Part shown: in pieces, positions 37,555 through 51,384 of the stretch
How the letters are laid out: each line of letters opens with the position of its first letter
Numbering within the stretch: position 1 is the first letter of the stretch
Assembly (NCBI RefSeq): GCF_001194135.2
Contig: NC_068986.1
Location: 78,360,995 to 78,424,994, forward strand
Direction: 5' to 3'
DNA: 64,000 nucleotides
Source of the DNA: Octopus bimaculoides
Taxonomy: Eukaryota
Made by a program: the position numbers and the translations under genes
The notes under the pieces: model-generated
The model's database searches: none
What the model saw: the letters and a program-made list of their open reading frames with translations, nothing else
What the model was told of the DNA's origin: nothing

Positions 37555-37664
37555 ATTTTTAGAACGACATTTTAGGGTAGGTGTGTGATGCTGAATCTGG
37601 TCAGTTTGAACATGAAACAAGTAAAATATTTTGGCTAGATAAAGTCAGTTTAAATGCTAAAGGG
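37555..37664 (-). mobile_element. piggyBac-like MITE, one end
   Basis: Ends aatgctaaaggg|TTAA; homologous to 34318-34430. Confidence 0.75.
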
Positions 37665-37949
37665 TTAAAGGCAAGGGAGGGGGCTAAATTAGAACAACAT
37701 CGACAACAACAAATCCTGGAGCAAAATTTTGCAATTTTGGAGTATTTAGTTTTGCTTTTGTTTCCCTAGTAAACTGATATAATTATAAGAAATGTATATA
37801 ATTGCCAGGCACCATCATTAAATGTGGTATCTATTAGTCTATTAAATGTGTTATCTATTAGGCTCAATGTTAATTATAAGCATGCTTAATTTCTCTGTGT
37901 TAATTAAAGAATAGTTTCGTTTCTTGAGGTGCTCATTTTATTATGCTAA

Positions 37950-38131
37950 TAATATATCTTTTACTTGCTTCAGTCATTGAACTGAGGCCATGCTGGAGTG
38001 TCTCCTTGAAGGGTTTTAGTCAAACAATGTGACCTCAGTATTTTTGTATAAATTCTGGTTGGTATTTGTTCTATCACTTTCTTTTGCTGAACTGCTAAGT
38101 TCAGTACCATTGTTAAGTGGTGGTGGAGAAC

Positions 38132-38218
<87 letters not shown>

Positions 38219-38350
38219 GGGCTTCTTTCAGTTTCCATCTACCAAGTCTATTCACAAAGCTTTAGTCGATCTGGAGTTATATTGTAGAAAATACATGCCC
38301 AAGGAACCATGTTAGATTGAAGCAGAAACCATGTGATTGGGAAGCATGCT
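37950..38350 (-). mobile_element. SINE family B with expanded (CA)n
   Basis: Consensus motifs flank (CA)n at 38136-38214. Confidence 0.8.
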
Positions 38351-38795
38351 CCAAGTACATTACTTATTTTATATATGTTTTAATCACCTGTATCTATTTT
38401 CTATAATTACACATTATTCTGAACTGTAAACAGTTATTTGAATTGTGCAACTGCACACAACTATACAGTAAACAATGTTAATGGCATATTAATACATGCA
38501 AACTTTGGTACATACAAATATACTATGCATTAGATCAAGAAGCAGATGTGTAGAATAAAACATTTAATAGATTAAACTTGTCATTACTGCTTTGGTTTTT
38601 CAACTTTTCTATTTTGATACAGAAAGCTAATTTTTAGAAAAATTAACTGCTTCACATTATAAGTGGAGTGAATAAACATAATGATAATTTTAAAGTTATT
38701 ACAAAAGAAAACAGAAAAATCTCAGTAAACAGTATCTTCATCAAAACTAGTAGATCATATCTGTGATAGTATATGTATATATATGTGTGTGTGTG

Positions 38796-38836
<41 letters not shown>

Positions 38837-40039
38837 ATATATACACACACATATATACGTATAGATGACTATATTTTGAAATATGTGTTAATACTTCTGG
38901 ATATCAGTATATATATGTAAGTGTGTGTGTGTATATGTGTGTGTATGTGTGGATGTATGTGTGGATGTGTGCGTGTGTGTGTGTGCGTGTGTCTGTGCTA
39001 TGTTTCATAATTTCATTTATTTCTCTTATAATTGATGAAAATTTACAAATTACTTGTCAGACGCGAAATAAAAAAAGGATTGACAATCTGTTAAAAACTC
39101 CGATACAAGCCGAATCATGCCTTGTTACATTGGAAAAAAAAAAGAAAAACACTATTGACAGCAACAGTGACATACATACACACACACACATGCACACATT
39201 CACGTGCACACACATACACACACACGCATGTAAACGCATACACATGCACATTGTGTATATATTTTTTCTTCAATTTAACAAAGTAGTCAGTTCAGCCATA
39301 GGATTGTCAATATACTGACAAAAGTGTTGGTGGTGATGCTGTTGTTATTGATGTTACTGCTGTTGTTGATGTTGGTGGTGCTGGTGGTAGTTGTGGTAAT
39401 GTGGTAGAATTAAAACAAAAATAATAATAATTATAAAAAGAACTTAAAATAATATCAATAATAAAGTAACGACATTTACTAAATTCTAAAACGTAGGTAA
39501 GGAATAAAAAAAAAATAATTTGTAACATTGTTGGGGGAAAGTTTTTGTGAGAAAAATGAAATGTACCAAATATCTGTATATTGAATTTCACTGCAAAATT
39601 CTTATTTTACAATCAATAGCGAATGAGATACCATCTCCTGGATATAAGAGGAATTAAATTTCTGTCAAACAGCTCCTTGCCAATAAATAAAGAAGCAAAT
39701 AATTAAAAGGTTGTGGGGGTTGGGTGGAGGGGAGAAGCAAGAAGAAAAGGAAGGAATAGAAAAAAAAAGAAAAAAACAAAAAAATCAATCCTCTTTAGCA
39801 ATTTCTAAAGAAAGTGTTGATTTGAGAAATGTATTAACGTATATGTTTGTGTGTCCATGTGAGTGTTTGTGTTATACATGAAGAAGGATGCATGTATGTC
39901 TGTGTGTGTGTGTATGTGTGTATGTATATATCTTTATACATACACCTGCATACCACTTGCACATACACAGATATGCACACAAATGTACAAACACACATAT
40001 CCACACACACACACGCGCGTGTGCACACACACACACACA

Positions 40040-40072
<33 letters not shown>

Positions 40073-40082
40073 NNNNNNNNNN

Positions 40083-40124
<42 letters not shown>

Positions 40125-40229
40125 TGGTAATGCATGTATATCTGTACATAAATTATCTGTGCATCACTGTTCAGAAGAATCTTCTAATGGAATCAAGCCA
40201 ATGTCATTACCTTCAACAGTAAAATGACA

Positions 40230-40966
40230 CAATCATGTCAAATCGGAGCATGTGATGGTGAGACCTTGTATTTGAAACCACTATGAGTGCTCTGTTTTAT
40301 ATTGACGAGAATGACATGGCAAATCTCTGTTCATAGATACAATGTAGATTTAGTGTGATGTCTAGGCTGCATGCAGATGGATGATGTTTTGGTGTGGAAA
40401 GCTGGAGAGAAATGGAATGTGGCATTATTTTCATAGAAGTGAGCATTGTTGGAAGTGACAGTAAGTAAGTCAATGATGTATAGAAAAAGACTTTGAGATA
40501 GAAAATTGAACCATGGAGTACACCAGATGTGTTGTGTGTATAGAATTGAGTTTGAGTAGCCAACATCATAAGAAAATGCTCTGACAGGAAGTCACCAATC
40601 AGTTATGATGGCGCCTATAGGAGGACAATTTTAACAGGAGATTCATGTGCCAGACGTTCAGAATGCCTTGCTTATGTTAAAGACAACAACATTGTTTCTA
40701 TCATATTTCTTGAGGAGGTGAGCTTACTGGTGTGTAATATAAAAGAACACATTTCTGGTAGATATGATTTTATGGAAGATGTAGTGTTGATCACTTAGAA
40801 GAGAGAGAAGCTGAAGATTAAGAAGGTTGTTAATGGCTATCCCCATCATTTTTTCAGATGGTGGAAGTGAGTGTGAGAGGATGATAGTTGGCAAGGTAAG
40901 AGGAGTTGTCTTTCTGGGAAATTGGACACATATTAGTGTATTTCCGAAGATCAGGACATATCCTTT

Positions 40967-41021
<55 letters not shown>

Positions 41022-42400
41022 AAAGAGAGAGAGTTTGCTGATGGTCGGTACTAGCTGTGGGAGGTACTTTTTGAAGGTAATAGAAGTGATATTAGAAAAG
41101 TGGCCTTGTTGGTTTGAAACAAATGGTGGTGCATTAACACCTCACATGTATGTATGCATGTTTGTGAGCTTGTGAGGTAGGAAAGGATAGATTTGGAAGG
41201 GATTTATCTTGGGTGTAGTGTCGATTTGGATGAGAAGTGAGCAGCAAATGCATAAGCTTTCAAGAAAATTGGTGATAGAACTATCATGGTTGAAAAGTGA
41301 AAAAAGGAAAATTCTGTAAAATTAGTAGAGATACTTTTTGGAAAGTGACCAAAAAGACTGGCAAAAGGTTGGAGGTATGGTGGCATCCACTGCAGTAGAG
41401 ATGGTGGTCTTACAAGCGTTTTGGTGCTGAATAAAAACCATTTAGTTTGTGAAAAATATGTGACTTTCTACAAACATTGTAAGCTGAGTTCTTTGCCTGA
41501 GTTGTTGCACTGTAGTTATGAGGGAACTTCATGGGGAACTCGCTGTGAGTTTTTATTTTATGTATGGGTTGTAGAAAAACATATCCCATTGGTTAGTTTC
41601 AGTTACCTGTCTGGTCCTTTCTGATGTGTTGAGGACAAAGCACATGTTCTGCTAGGGATAATTTCGACTATTAGTTGACTTGAGTGACATGAGGCCTAGG
41701 TGTGTGGATGATTGTATAATTCATGGATGTATGGTGAATTGTTGTGATAAAGTAATAGTTGGACAACTTAATAGGTAAAATAATGCTTTGGCAGACGTTG
41801 GGTATTGAGGTAAGAAGGAGATCAAAGGTGTTTAGAATGTCTGTGTATTGACCAAAGAGTTAAGTAGATGATGGTACAAGTTTATGTAGCAGCCTAAGGA
41901 TTGTGAAAAATTATTGATTTCTGCACTGGCAACACTAGGATAAAGTATGAAAACCAGAAAGAGATACACTAACTGAAGTCATTGAAAATAATGACTTCAG
42001 AATGGGGTGAAATTAGCTAGATGTTCTTGGTTCAAGAAAATATACGAATTAAGGGTAGTTGGTCATTTGAAAAGATCAGAAAGCAACAGGGAATTGATTA
42101 ATGAAGTAGCTTGGCCTACTGTAACTGAAGTCAGGAAGTGTTGCTGATACCCAGTGGAGAGAGTTGAATGACAGAAAGGGTAAAATTTTCTTGTGGACAG
42201 ATCTCATCTTCTAGAGCAAAGTTTGTGTAAAGAGTAGAGTCTGGACATTAGAGATAGATTATGGATAAGGATTTGTATGTCAAAGAGAAGTATAGGTAAA
42301 AATGCTTTGTTTTTTGTTGTTTGTGTGTGTGTGTATTTGTTATAGGTTGAATCCAAATCTGTGGATGTTAAACAAGAGGTGGGACAACTGTCTAGCAAGT
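40230..42400 (-). mobile_element. Decayed CR1/L2-group LINE (endonuclease-RT region), interrupted by (GA)n
   Basis: Minus-strand NTSGVLHGSIFYLKVFF..LLSLPTMLTSMKI resembles SGVPQGSVLSPTLFL..LL....IHS(YADD); heavily frameshifted. Confidence 0.65.
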
Positions 42401-42748
42401 TTAGTTTCAGTTTTAATATTTAATGAAATGGTAAGGTGTTGGTGCGCAGTGAAGTCGTGATAAAACCTGCCAGGCACCTACTGTAGTGCATTGCACCCAA
42501 GCAAACTCTGCTATAGTCTCTTATGCAGATGGTGCTGACCTGGGTGGTGTGATGTGCCTACCTCACAGAAAAGAAAGAAGTGTAGGGAACATCTACACAA
42601 TATACAAGACTATTTTAAAATAAAGGATCTAGCTATTTATTTATCTATCTACCTGCCTGCCTACCTGTTTTTCTGTTTGTCTCTTTCTCTCTCTCTGTCT
42701 GACTCTCCCTCTCTCTCCATCTATCTGTCTATTTATGCCTGTCTGTAT

Positions 42749-42783
<35 letters not shown>

Positions 42784-42789
42784 TGTGTA

Positions 42790-42887
42790 TCATCATCATC
42801 ATCGTTTAACGTCTGCTTTCCATGCTAGCATGGGTTGGATGATTTGACTGAGGACTGGTGAAACCGGATGGCAGCACCAGGCTCCAA

Positions 42888-42890
<3 letters not shown>
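42790..42890 (-). mobile_element. Family C 3' end inserted between (TG)n and (TA)n
   Basis: catcatcgtttaacgtctgctttccatgctagcatggg.. Confidence 0.85.
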
Positions 42891-42945
<55 letters not shown>

Positions 42946-43360
42946 TGCGCACATCACATACAGTCTTCACAAAATCTGTAAATTCATCTTACAAGGCATT
43001 GTTAATCCAATAATACAAAAGGAGAAGACGGTTTCCCAAAGAGCTGAGCAATGAGATTGAGCACAGGACCATGTAGATTTATGGTAAACTTCTTACTCAT
43101 GCAGTTAGTGATATGTGTATTGATGTGTGTGTAATTAGTTTTGCATATTCTGTGTGGATCTGTGAATTTGTGACAGTGTGTTTATCCATATTTAGGTCAA
43201 TTCATAACTAATAACATTTTTCTGAAAAGAAATTAAAAATTTAATGATTTAAGCTAATATTAAATCTTTGAGAGGTTATAATTTAAAATGGAGATATGTC
43301 AGCTTTTGTGACATACTTTGGAAATGTTTACTTGTCATGACAGTAGTTTTATCTTGTAAG

Positions 43361-43562
43361 AACCTTTCAATTAGCACAGAAACATCATACAAATATGCTT
43401 GATATGTGGGCATGATATTGCTATATTTTGTATGAAGCTTTTAATTAACACGGCCAAATATCATATGAAAATATCAAGCATATAGTTTTTCATGAAAAAC
43501 TATGTGTTTGATATTTTCATATGGTATTACCATGATTTCTGTAAACCTTCCAATTAACACAG
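43361..43562. repeat. Three 19-bp direct repeats separated by palindromic spacers, including a 72-bp palindrome (43457-43528)
   Basis: DRs aacctttcaattagcacag / aagcttttaattaacacgg / aaccttccaattaacacag at 43361, 43435 and 43544. Confidence 0.8.
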
Positions 43563-43965
43563 CAGTTTTGTAGGAACACATGTAAGAAATCAATATTTAG
43601 AAATGTTAAAAATCAATATTACATGACTACACCGAGCATATAGATCTCCATGAATTATAAAAAAATATATCTAAGGATTGATTGAAGGGTAAATAAATTT
43701 AATTTCTTTACCTTGAGACATACATCAAAGGCTTTGGAAAAAGATAGTACCTTTTCTATTTAGCTATTTGATTCTACATGTGAAACTTTTTGAAGTATCT
43801 AGATAGGATGTATAATAATAATCCATGGATAATTGCAATATTTTTAAAATAAATTAATCAGGATTAATCAGGATTAACCTGGGAGTAAAAAAATTAAAAA
43901 ATAACATCCTCAACCTATATGCTAAAACTAGCAACCCTATATCTGTGTATGTAAATAGATACTTG

Positions 43966-43999
<34 letters not shown>

Positions 44000-44064
44000 T
44001 ACATGGGCTGTTTAGTTTGCATTTTATTTTTTAATCTCAGGTCAATCATGATAATGCATAAATG

Positions 44065-44106
<42 letters not shown>

Positions 44107-44619
44107 TATGTACATGTATATACGAGCACACATGCACACACACATATACATTCACAGTTTTATATTTGAAATTGAAGTGTATCTGCATAATTTATAATAC
44201 ATATCATACAAATATTAGATAAGAAATGTGTTAAACTTCATAACACACAGAAAAATAAATTTGCAGAGTAATATTTAGACATCTACTACAACTGGATATA
44301 TATGAATCCTCACTAACTGCCTGCTTGTATATGATAAAGAAATTAATCATCAAAAGAGAAAAAAACAGCCTTTAGTGATTTGGGTGGGATATGTGATAAA
44401 ATTGGATAAATTTATGGAAGCATAGGAAAAACACAAAATCAAAAAGTAAATATAAAGTTTGTGTTGATGGCTAATGGCGACTGGAATAAAGATAGGACAC
44501 AGGAAACATAGGAGTGTGTCTTCATTTTCTCCTTCTTTATCACTTTTAATGGGATCCTTTTTAATATATACATGATATATATATATATATAATGGTGAAA
44601 TAATATAAATATGAATATA

Positions 44620-44842
44620 TATATTCTTTTTTCTTTTCCTTGTTTAGGTCATTTGACTGTAGCCTTGCTGGAGCATCACCTTAAAGCGCTTTAATCAAGG
44701 AAATCACCCCATGACTTCTTCTTTGTATACCTAGTACTTATTCTATCTGTCTATTTTGCTGAACCGCTAAGTTATGGGTATATGAACACTCCAGCATCAG
44801 TGTCAGGCAATGGCAGGGGGAAAAGACACAAACACACTGACA

Positions 44843-44880
<38 letters not shown>

Positions 44881-44917
44881 TACATACACACACACATATA
44901 TATATATATATACATAT

Positions 44918-44957
<40 letters not shown>

Positions 44958-45265
44958 GACAGGCTTCTTTCAGTTTCATATGTGTGTGCAAGCATGTGTG
45001 CACATGTGTGTATGTGCACGAGTGTGCACGAGTGTGCACGAGTGTGCATGTTCGTGTTTGTCTCTCACTACCACTTGACAGGTGGAGTCGGTTTGTTTAC
45101 ATCCCCCATCACTTAGTGGTTCAGCAAAAAGAGACTGATATAGTAAGTACCAGGCTGTAGAAAAGTAATTACTGGGGTTGATTCATTCAACTAAAACCCT
45201 TCAAAGTGGTGCCCCTGCCTGGTTCCAGTCCAAAAGACTGAAGTAATTACAGGAATGAAAGAATA
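44620..45265. mobile_element. Two SINE family B pieces (- 44620-44975; + 45040-45265)
   Basis: Consensus motifs in opposite orientations. Confidence 0.75.
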
Positions 45266-45644
45266 AAAGCACAACCATCACTGATTATGTGCTGGTAGCT
45301 TGTACCATCCTTTCACTAATTGCTTTAAATACTTGTGTAATCTTGAAGAGATACAGACAGCTTCTTGGCCCTCAAACTTCTGACCCTGTAGAACATTGAA
45401 GATGCATCCAAAGGATTCTGCTGACAAGTACTACCTGCATCCTTAGAAAAACCCTATCAATGTAAATGTTTGTTTTGTATTACATGAAGGTATTTTGCTA
45501 CTGCCCCTGCCACTTCCCCTCTCCAAGCTTTCACTCATACTGTGACATCTCTTATCCTTCACTTGCCCCAGGGTGCTGGATATGTCTCGGCAAGTGATTG
45601 CAACAAACATGCAGATTAAAATCAAATAAAACAACAATAATGAT

Positions 45645-46290
45645 AATAATGATAACCTTTTCTACTAAAGGCACAAGGCCTGAAGTTTTTGGGGAGGGGG
45701 CTAGTCGATTACATTGACTCCAGTGTTTTACTGGTACTTAATTTATCAACCCCGAAAGGATGAAAGGCAAAGTTAACCTCAGCAGAATTTGAACTCAGAA
45801 TAAAATGACAGATGAAATGCCATTTAGCATATAGCCTGGTATGCTAACGATCCTGCCAGCTCACCATTATTTCAAATTTTTGCCACAAGAGCAGCTTGGG
45901 GGAGGTGGGGATGGGTCAATTACATCAACCCAGTGTTCAGCTGGGGCTTATTTTATTGACCCTGAAAAAATGGAAGGCAAAGTTGACCTTGGTGGAATAG
46001 CAACGGGTGAAATACTGCTAAGCATTTTGTCCAGCATACTAACGATTCTGCCATGATGATGATGATGCTTTCTATTAATAGGCACAAGGGCTAAAATTTT
46101 GTGGAAGGGTGTAAGGTGATTACATCAACTCCAATGCTCAACTGGTACTTATTTTAATGACCCCAAAAAGGATGAAAGGTAAAGGTGACATCAGTGGAAT
46201 TTGAACTCAGAATGTTTAAAAAAAGGATGAAATGTCAGTAAGCATTTTGACTGGTGTGCTAGCGATTCTGTAAGTTCACCACCTTAACAA
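45645..46290 (-). mobile_element. Three head-to-tail SINE family A copies
   Basis: Three successive gaaaggcaaagtt(a/g)acct..gctaacga units separated by (AAT/GAT)n. Confidence 0.9.
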
Positions 46291-47229
46291 TAATGTAGAT
46301 GATGATGATGATGATGATGATGATGATAACAATAATAATAATAACAACAACAACAATGAAGTTCAAACCCTACTGATAGGAAAACATACTTATCAGACTT
46401 TGTGCAAGTCTTAAAAATAAAAGAAAAAGAGCAATTTGACAAAGCTTTTTTACAGAGATGATGATTGCATTCTTAGTTAAAAGTTAAAGCTTGCATAAGT
46501 GTGAAAAACAACATAAGGGCTGTCAACTATGATTAAACTAAATTTAAGGAAATTTTTTTCCATTTTCCATTTTTTTTTAACCCTGCAGCCAGTCTTAAAA
46601 CCTGAATCAACTAGACCTTGACTGGCTGACATCAACACATGTTAAGGTTCTTATTTATTGTCTTGTTTTCACAAATTTCATCTTTAATCACAGTTTTAAT
46701 TTATTTATTTTTTCTTGTTGTTTATTTGTGGTTTTTAGTGTTTTGTTTTACCTTTTTCTTTCTATTTTTTTTGCGTGTGTGTTTTTAAATTTACAAACTA
46801 CTACAGCCTGCATTATATTAATTCTGCTTTCTACACAACAACATAGATGATATTGGTCAAAAGAAACAAAACTGAATAGATTCTGCAATCTATTCGCTGC
46901 TGTATTTTCCAACAAATTGTATTGAATAAAAGATAGAATAAAAATAAAATAAAATAAAATAGAAAATATATCAAATATAGAATAAGAAAAAAAAAATGGA
47001 ATGAAATAGAAAATTATTTAAGGAATTTTTAATGCAGCATGAATTGTATTTCTTGAGCAAACATCTGAATTTAGAATTTTGAACAGGAAAATAAATGAGA
47101 AAGAATTAATCAAAAAAAAAAAAAAAAGAACAGAAAAACAAAGAAAGAAAAAAGAAAACAAAGGGTAAATAAAAATAAACGCATCTCCATTTTCTTCTCC
47201 TTCACCTTCCCTGTGTGTATGCTAGTATG

Positions 47230-47881
47230 TGATTACACATATATACATATAGATATGCATGTATGTGTATGCATGTATATACATACATACATACATATAT
47301 ATATATATATATCTATAAACACACACATACACACATACAAATCTATGTAATGTATATATATGTATATATATATATTTATATATATGTATACACACATATA
47401 TATAAATATATATAGAGAGAGGCATATTTATATATATGCACACACACACACACACACATACATATATATAGATATACATAAATCTATACACCCTGGCACA
47501 CACACACTTACACATGCACGCACGCACACACACACATGTACACAGGCATGCACACATACACATACATGTGAAGAAGGACATAGATGACTACAGCCAAATC
47601 GAATCTTACTGAAATCGTTACCAATACAATGACTTTCTAGATTTAGGTGTATCTATGAACCAGAGGGGGAGGGAGGTCATAGGGGCAGGTAAGTGATGCA
47701 ACAGTGGCGGCATTAGTAGCAGTGGTAGTGGTGATGGTGGTGGATGCCTACTTTTCAGTGTATTTTCTGACTTATTAGATTCTTTACTTGATCACATATA
47801 AAATCATGCACAAACAAAATTATTGCATACCATATATACAAGTAAAAATCTTATGGAAACATACATACATGCATACATACA

Positions 47882-47917
<36 letters not shown>

Positions 47918-48019
47918 TAGAAATAGAGAGAGAGAGAGACAAACATAGATACATGCATGCATACATACATACATGCATACATATATACATACATACATAC
48001 AGACAAACAGACAGACATG

Positions 48020-48065
<46 letters not shown>

Positions 48066-48490
48066 TCATGTATCTATGTGCACATACATACATACTTACA
48101 TACATACATACATATGTATATACATGCATACAGAGATACATCATACATACATACCTATATGGAGACATATGTACATACATATATACATCCATATACATAC
48201 ACTAATATATAGATGTTCTTTTCCATGTCTATGCACGCATGAATACTACACAAAATCATAAGCATCCACAAGAATAAATACATATATGAATGGGTATGTG
48301 TGTATGTATGTGTGTGTTTGTGTGTGTGTGTGTGTGTATGTGTGCGTGTTTAAACATATATATATGCATTTAATGTACATAATATTCAATATATGCAGAT
48401 AAGTATATTTATTCAAATGCACACACATACACACACATGCACATGTGCACACACACACACACACACACACACTCTCTCTCTCTTTCTCTC
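47230..48490. repeat. Extended (TACA)n/(TA)n/(CA)n/(GA)n low-complexity region with a short unique island at about 47575-47860
   Basis: Read directly. Confidence 0.85.
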
Positions 48491-48654
48491 TCTCTCTTCC
48501 CTTCATATATACACACCTATTCTCCATGCTGGAGCACCACCTTTAGTCGAGAAATTTGACCCTAGGACTTATTCTTTGTAAGCTTAGTACTTATTCTATT
48601 GGTCTCTTTTGCCAAACTGCTAAGTTACAAGGATGTAAACACACCAGTATCAGT

Positions 48655-49225
48655 TGTTACAGTCTCACTGTGCTTACCAGGTCTTCGCAAGCATAGCACA
48701 TCTCCAAAGGTCTCGGTCATTTGTCATCGCCTCAGTGAGGCCCAACGTTCGAAGGTCATGCTTCACCACCTCATCTCAGGTCTTCGTGGGTCTACCTCTT
48801 CCACAGGTTCCCTCTACTGTTAGGGTGTGACACTTTTTCACACAACTGTCCTCATCCATATGCAACACATGACCATACCAGCACAGTCGTCTTTCTTGCA
48901 CACCACATCTTCTTAATGTCCAACTTTTCTCTCAGGGCGCTTACACTCTGTCATGTATGCACTCTGACATTATACATGCAGCAGAGCATATTAGCTACAT
49001 TCCATGCAAGCTGTTTGCACACATGTGTCATACATTCTACCCATTACTCTGAGCGAGAGGCACTTTGTCACCAGCAGAGGTAGGAGCTCTCTGAACTTTT
49101 CCCAGGTTATTCTTATTCTAGCAGCTACATTCTCAGAGCATCCACCCCCGCTACTGACATGGTCACCTAAGTAATGGATGCTATCAATTACTTGTAGTTT
49201 TTCCCCCTGGAATGTGACGGAAGCT
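48655..49225 (-). mobile_element. 3' fragment of RTE-clade LINE
   Basis: GEKLQVIDSIHYLGDHVSSGGGCSENVAARIRITWEKFRELLPLLVTKCLSLRVMGRMYDTCV (post-RT region), then RGRPTKT and the 3' end. Confidence 0.9.
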
Positions 49226-49288
49226 GTTTTCCTCACGTTTTATATATATTCTCACACATTTATACATGCGTATTACACACACACACAC

Positions 49289-49336
<48 letters not shown>

Positions 49337-49454
49337 GTTTATGTGTATGTCTTTGTATATGTACTGAATAAGAAAGAGAAATTATCATATATCTCTGTAC
49401 TGAATAATATTAAACAATGACTGTACTATACACACACATACACAGACATCAAGA

Positions 49455-49529
<75 letters not shown>

Positions 49530-49930
49530 NNNNNNNNNNNNNNNNNNNNNNNNNNNNNNNNNNNNNNNNNNNNNNNNNNNNNNNNNNNNNNNNNNNNNNN
49601 NNNNNNNNNNNNNNNNNNNNNNNNNNNNNNNNNNNNNNNNNNNNNNNNNNNNNNNNNNNNNNNNNNNNNNNNNNNNNNNNNNNNNNNNNNNNNNNNNNNN
49701 NNNNNNNNNNNNNNNNNNNNNNNNNNNNNNNNNNNNNNNNNNNNNNNNNNNNNNNNNNNNNNNNNNNNNNNNNNNNNNNNNNNNNNNNNNNNNNNNNNNN
49801 NNNNNNNNNNNNNNNNNNNNNNNNNNNNNNNNNNNNNNNNNNNNNNNNNNNNNNNNNNNNTATATATATATATATAGACAGACAGATAGATAGATAGACA
49901 GATAGATAGATAGACAGATAGATAAATAGA
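49455..49930. repeat. (GA)n - 331-nt gap - (TA)n/(GATA)n
   Basis: Read directly. Confidence 0.95.
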
Positions 49931-50205
49931 TAGATGAAGATTGACGAGATGTTACTGAGATTCACTAGTAGTTACGATATGTTGCAATAGAAACCAGCTG
50001 TCAGTTGACAATTAGAATGCATCTTTCGAAGGGATAGTTTCAGATATGGAGTTGAAACATAGATAGTTGTTGCTGTTGCTTCTACAGCTGCAGCCCACAG
50101 CAACCCATGGTAGCTCACAGCAGCAGTAGAAATAGTACTTGTTACCAGTTCAATTAAAATTATTTGTAACATCTTTAACTCTTTTGTGTTCATATTACTC
50201 TGTGA

Positions 50206-50420
50206 GATAAAGCGGCAAGCTAACAGAATTATTAGCACACTGGGTGAAATGCTTAGTGGTATTTCATCTGATGCAATGTTCTGAGTTCAAATTCTGCCAA
50301 GGTCAACTTTGTCTTTCATCCTTTTGGGGTGGTCGATAAATTAAGTACCAGTTGCACACTGGGGTCGATGTATTCGACTTAATCCCTCCCCCCACATTTG
50401 TGCTTCCAGCAGAAAGGATA
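50206..50420 (+). mobile_element. SINE family A
   Basis: aaagcggcaagctaacagaattattagcac..gttctgagttcaaattctgccaaggtcaactttg..gtcgataaattaagtaccag. Confidence 0.9.
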
Positions 50421-50628
50421 TTTATTACTCTGTAAGATATAGTGCTCATTTATTCATATTATTTTGAATTAACCAGGGATTATCTTTGTAGCCTTGAAAT
50501 TTTGGCGATGTGGTTGTTTATTCTTAGAATGACATTGTAGGATAGGTGTGACATGCCAGATCTGATCAGTTTGAACATAAACAGGTAGAATATTTGGGCC
50601 AAATATGGCCAGTTTAAATGCTAATGGA
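50410..50628 (-). mobile_element. piggyBac-like MITE, near-complete copy
   Basis: Colinear with 34318-34520; ends ctaatgga|TTAA. Confidence 0.7.
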
Positions 50629-50829
50629 TTAATCATGGGTGTTCTAACTTTGACTAGTCTGTTACTGGCGAAGTGTGTCTTGGACTACTCTATCCGTTTA
50701 ATCCTCCAGTCCTTCCATTCCAAAGTTTTTATCCCACTGGAATTCCCTTGTTGTTATGTTTGCTCTGTATACATCAAATTGGAACTAGTATTGCAAAAAA
50801 AAAAAAAATGCTATGGATAAAGCCCTTTC

Positions 50830-51384
50830 GGATCTTTTTTAAAACGGGGGCCACATTTTTCATTAAAGAAACACTTTGAAACTTGGAACACTGGTAGAAT
50901 GTGTCATATAAAACATCTTTTTCTCTTAGTCTTCTTAAAAAAAAAAGAAATCCATAAATTATTCCATGTTAAAGTTGTCGTATTTCTGTAATTTCAACCA
51001 ATCACTGACGTCCATTCAGCCGATATACATTAAGTGCCGACTACATAAACAAACGATTCTGAAACAATTAACCCTAACCCTAACCCTAGGGTTAGAGTTA
51101 GGGTTAGGGTTAAAGCAAATTTAAAATGAAAAAAGCAAATAAAACGAAGAATCGTTTTGTTTATGTAGTCGGCACTTAATGTATATCAGCTGAGTGGACG
51201 TCAGTGATTGGTTGAAATTAACGAAATAAGACAATTTTTTACATGAAATAAATTTGAATACAAAAATATTTTTCTGTTCTATAACACAAAATAGATAAGT
51301 ATACGAAGTTTGAAAGTCTTTCTGTACCAAAAACACTACGTAAAACATTAATGATAAATGTGGCCCCCGTTTTAAAAAAGATCC
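50830..51384. mobile_element. 555-bp foldback DNA transposon (Merlin-like termini) with central telomeric-repeat palindrome
   Basis: Perfect 8-bp TSD gccctttc (50822-50829; 51385-51392); 37-bp TIRs starting GGATCTTTTTT (1 mismatch); inner IR 50989-51060 / 51148-51220; centre (aaccct)3 / (agggtt)4 at 51068-51113. Confidence 0.9.

Noticed and set aside
43361-43562. CRISPR array
   Set aside because: Only three diverged repeats, spacers are palindromic and related to each other, eukaryotic context, and no cas genes.
49972-50238. Hydrophobic 88-aa minus ORF loosely resembling GPCR TM6-TM7
   Set aside because: No CWxP or NPxxY motif, the start lies in a SINE, and no upstream TM exons were found.
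51068-51113. Telomere-telomere chromosome fusion scar
   Set aside because: Orientation is CCCTAA then TTAGGG (opposite of a fusion), and the tract is inside a TSD-bounded element.
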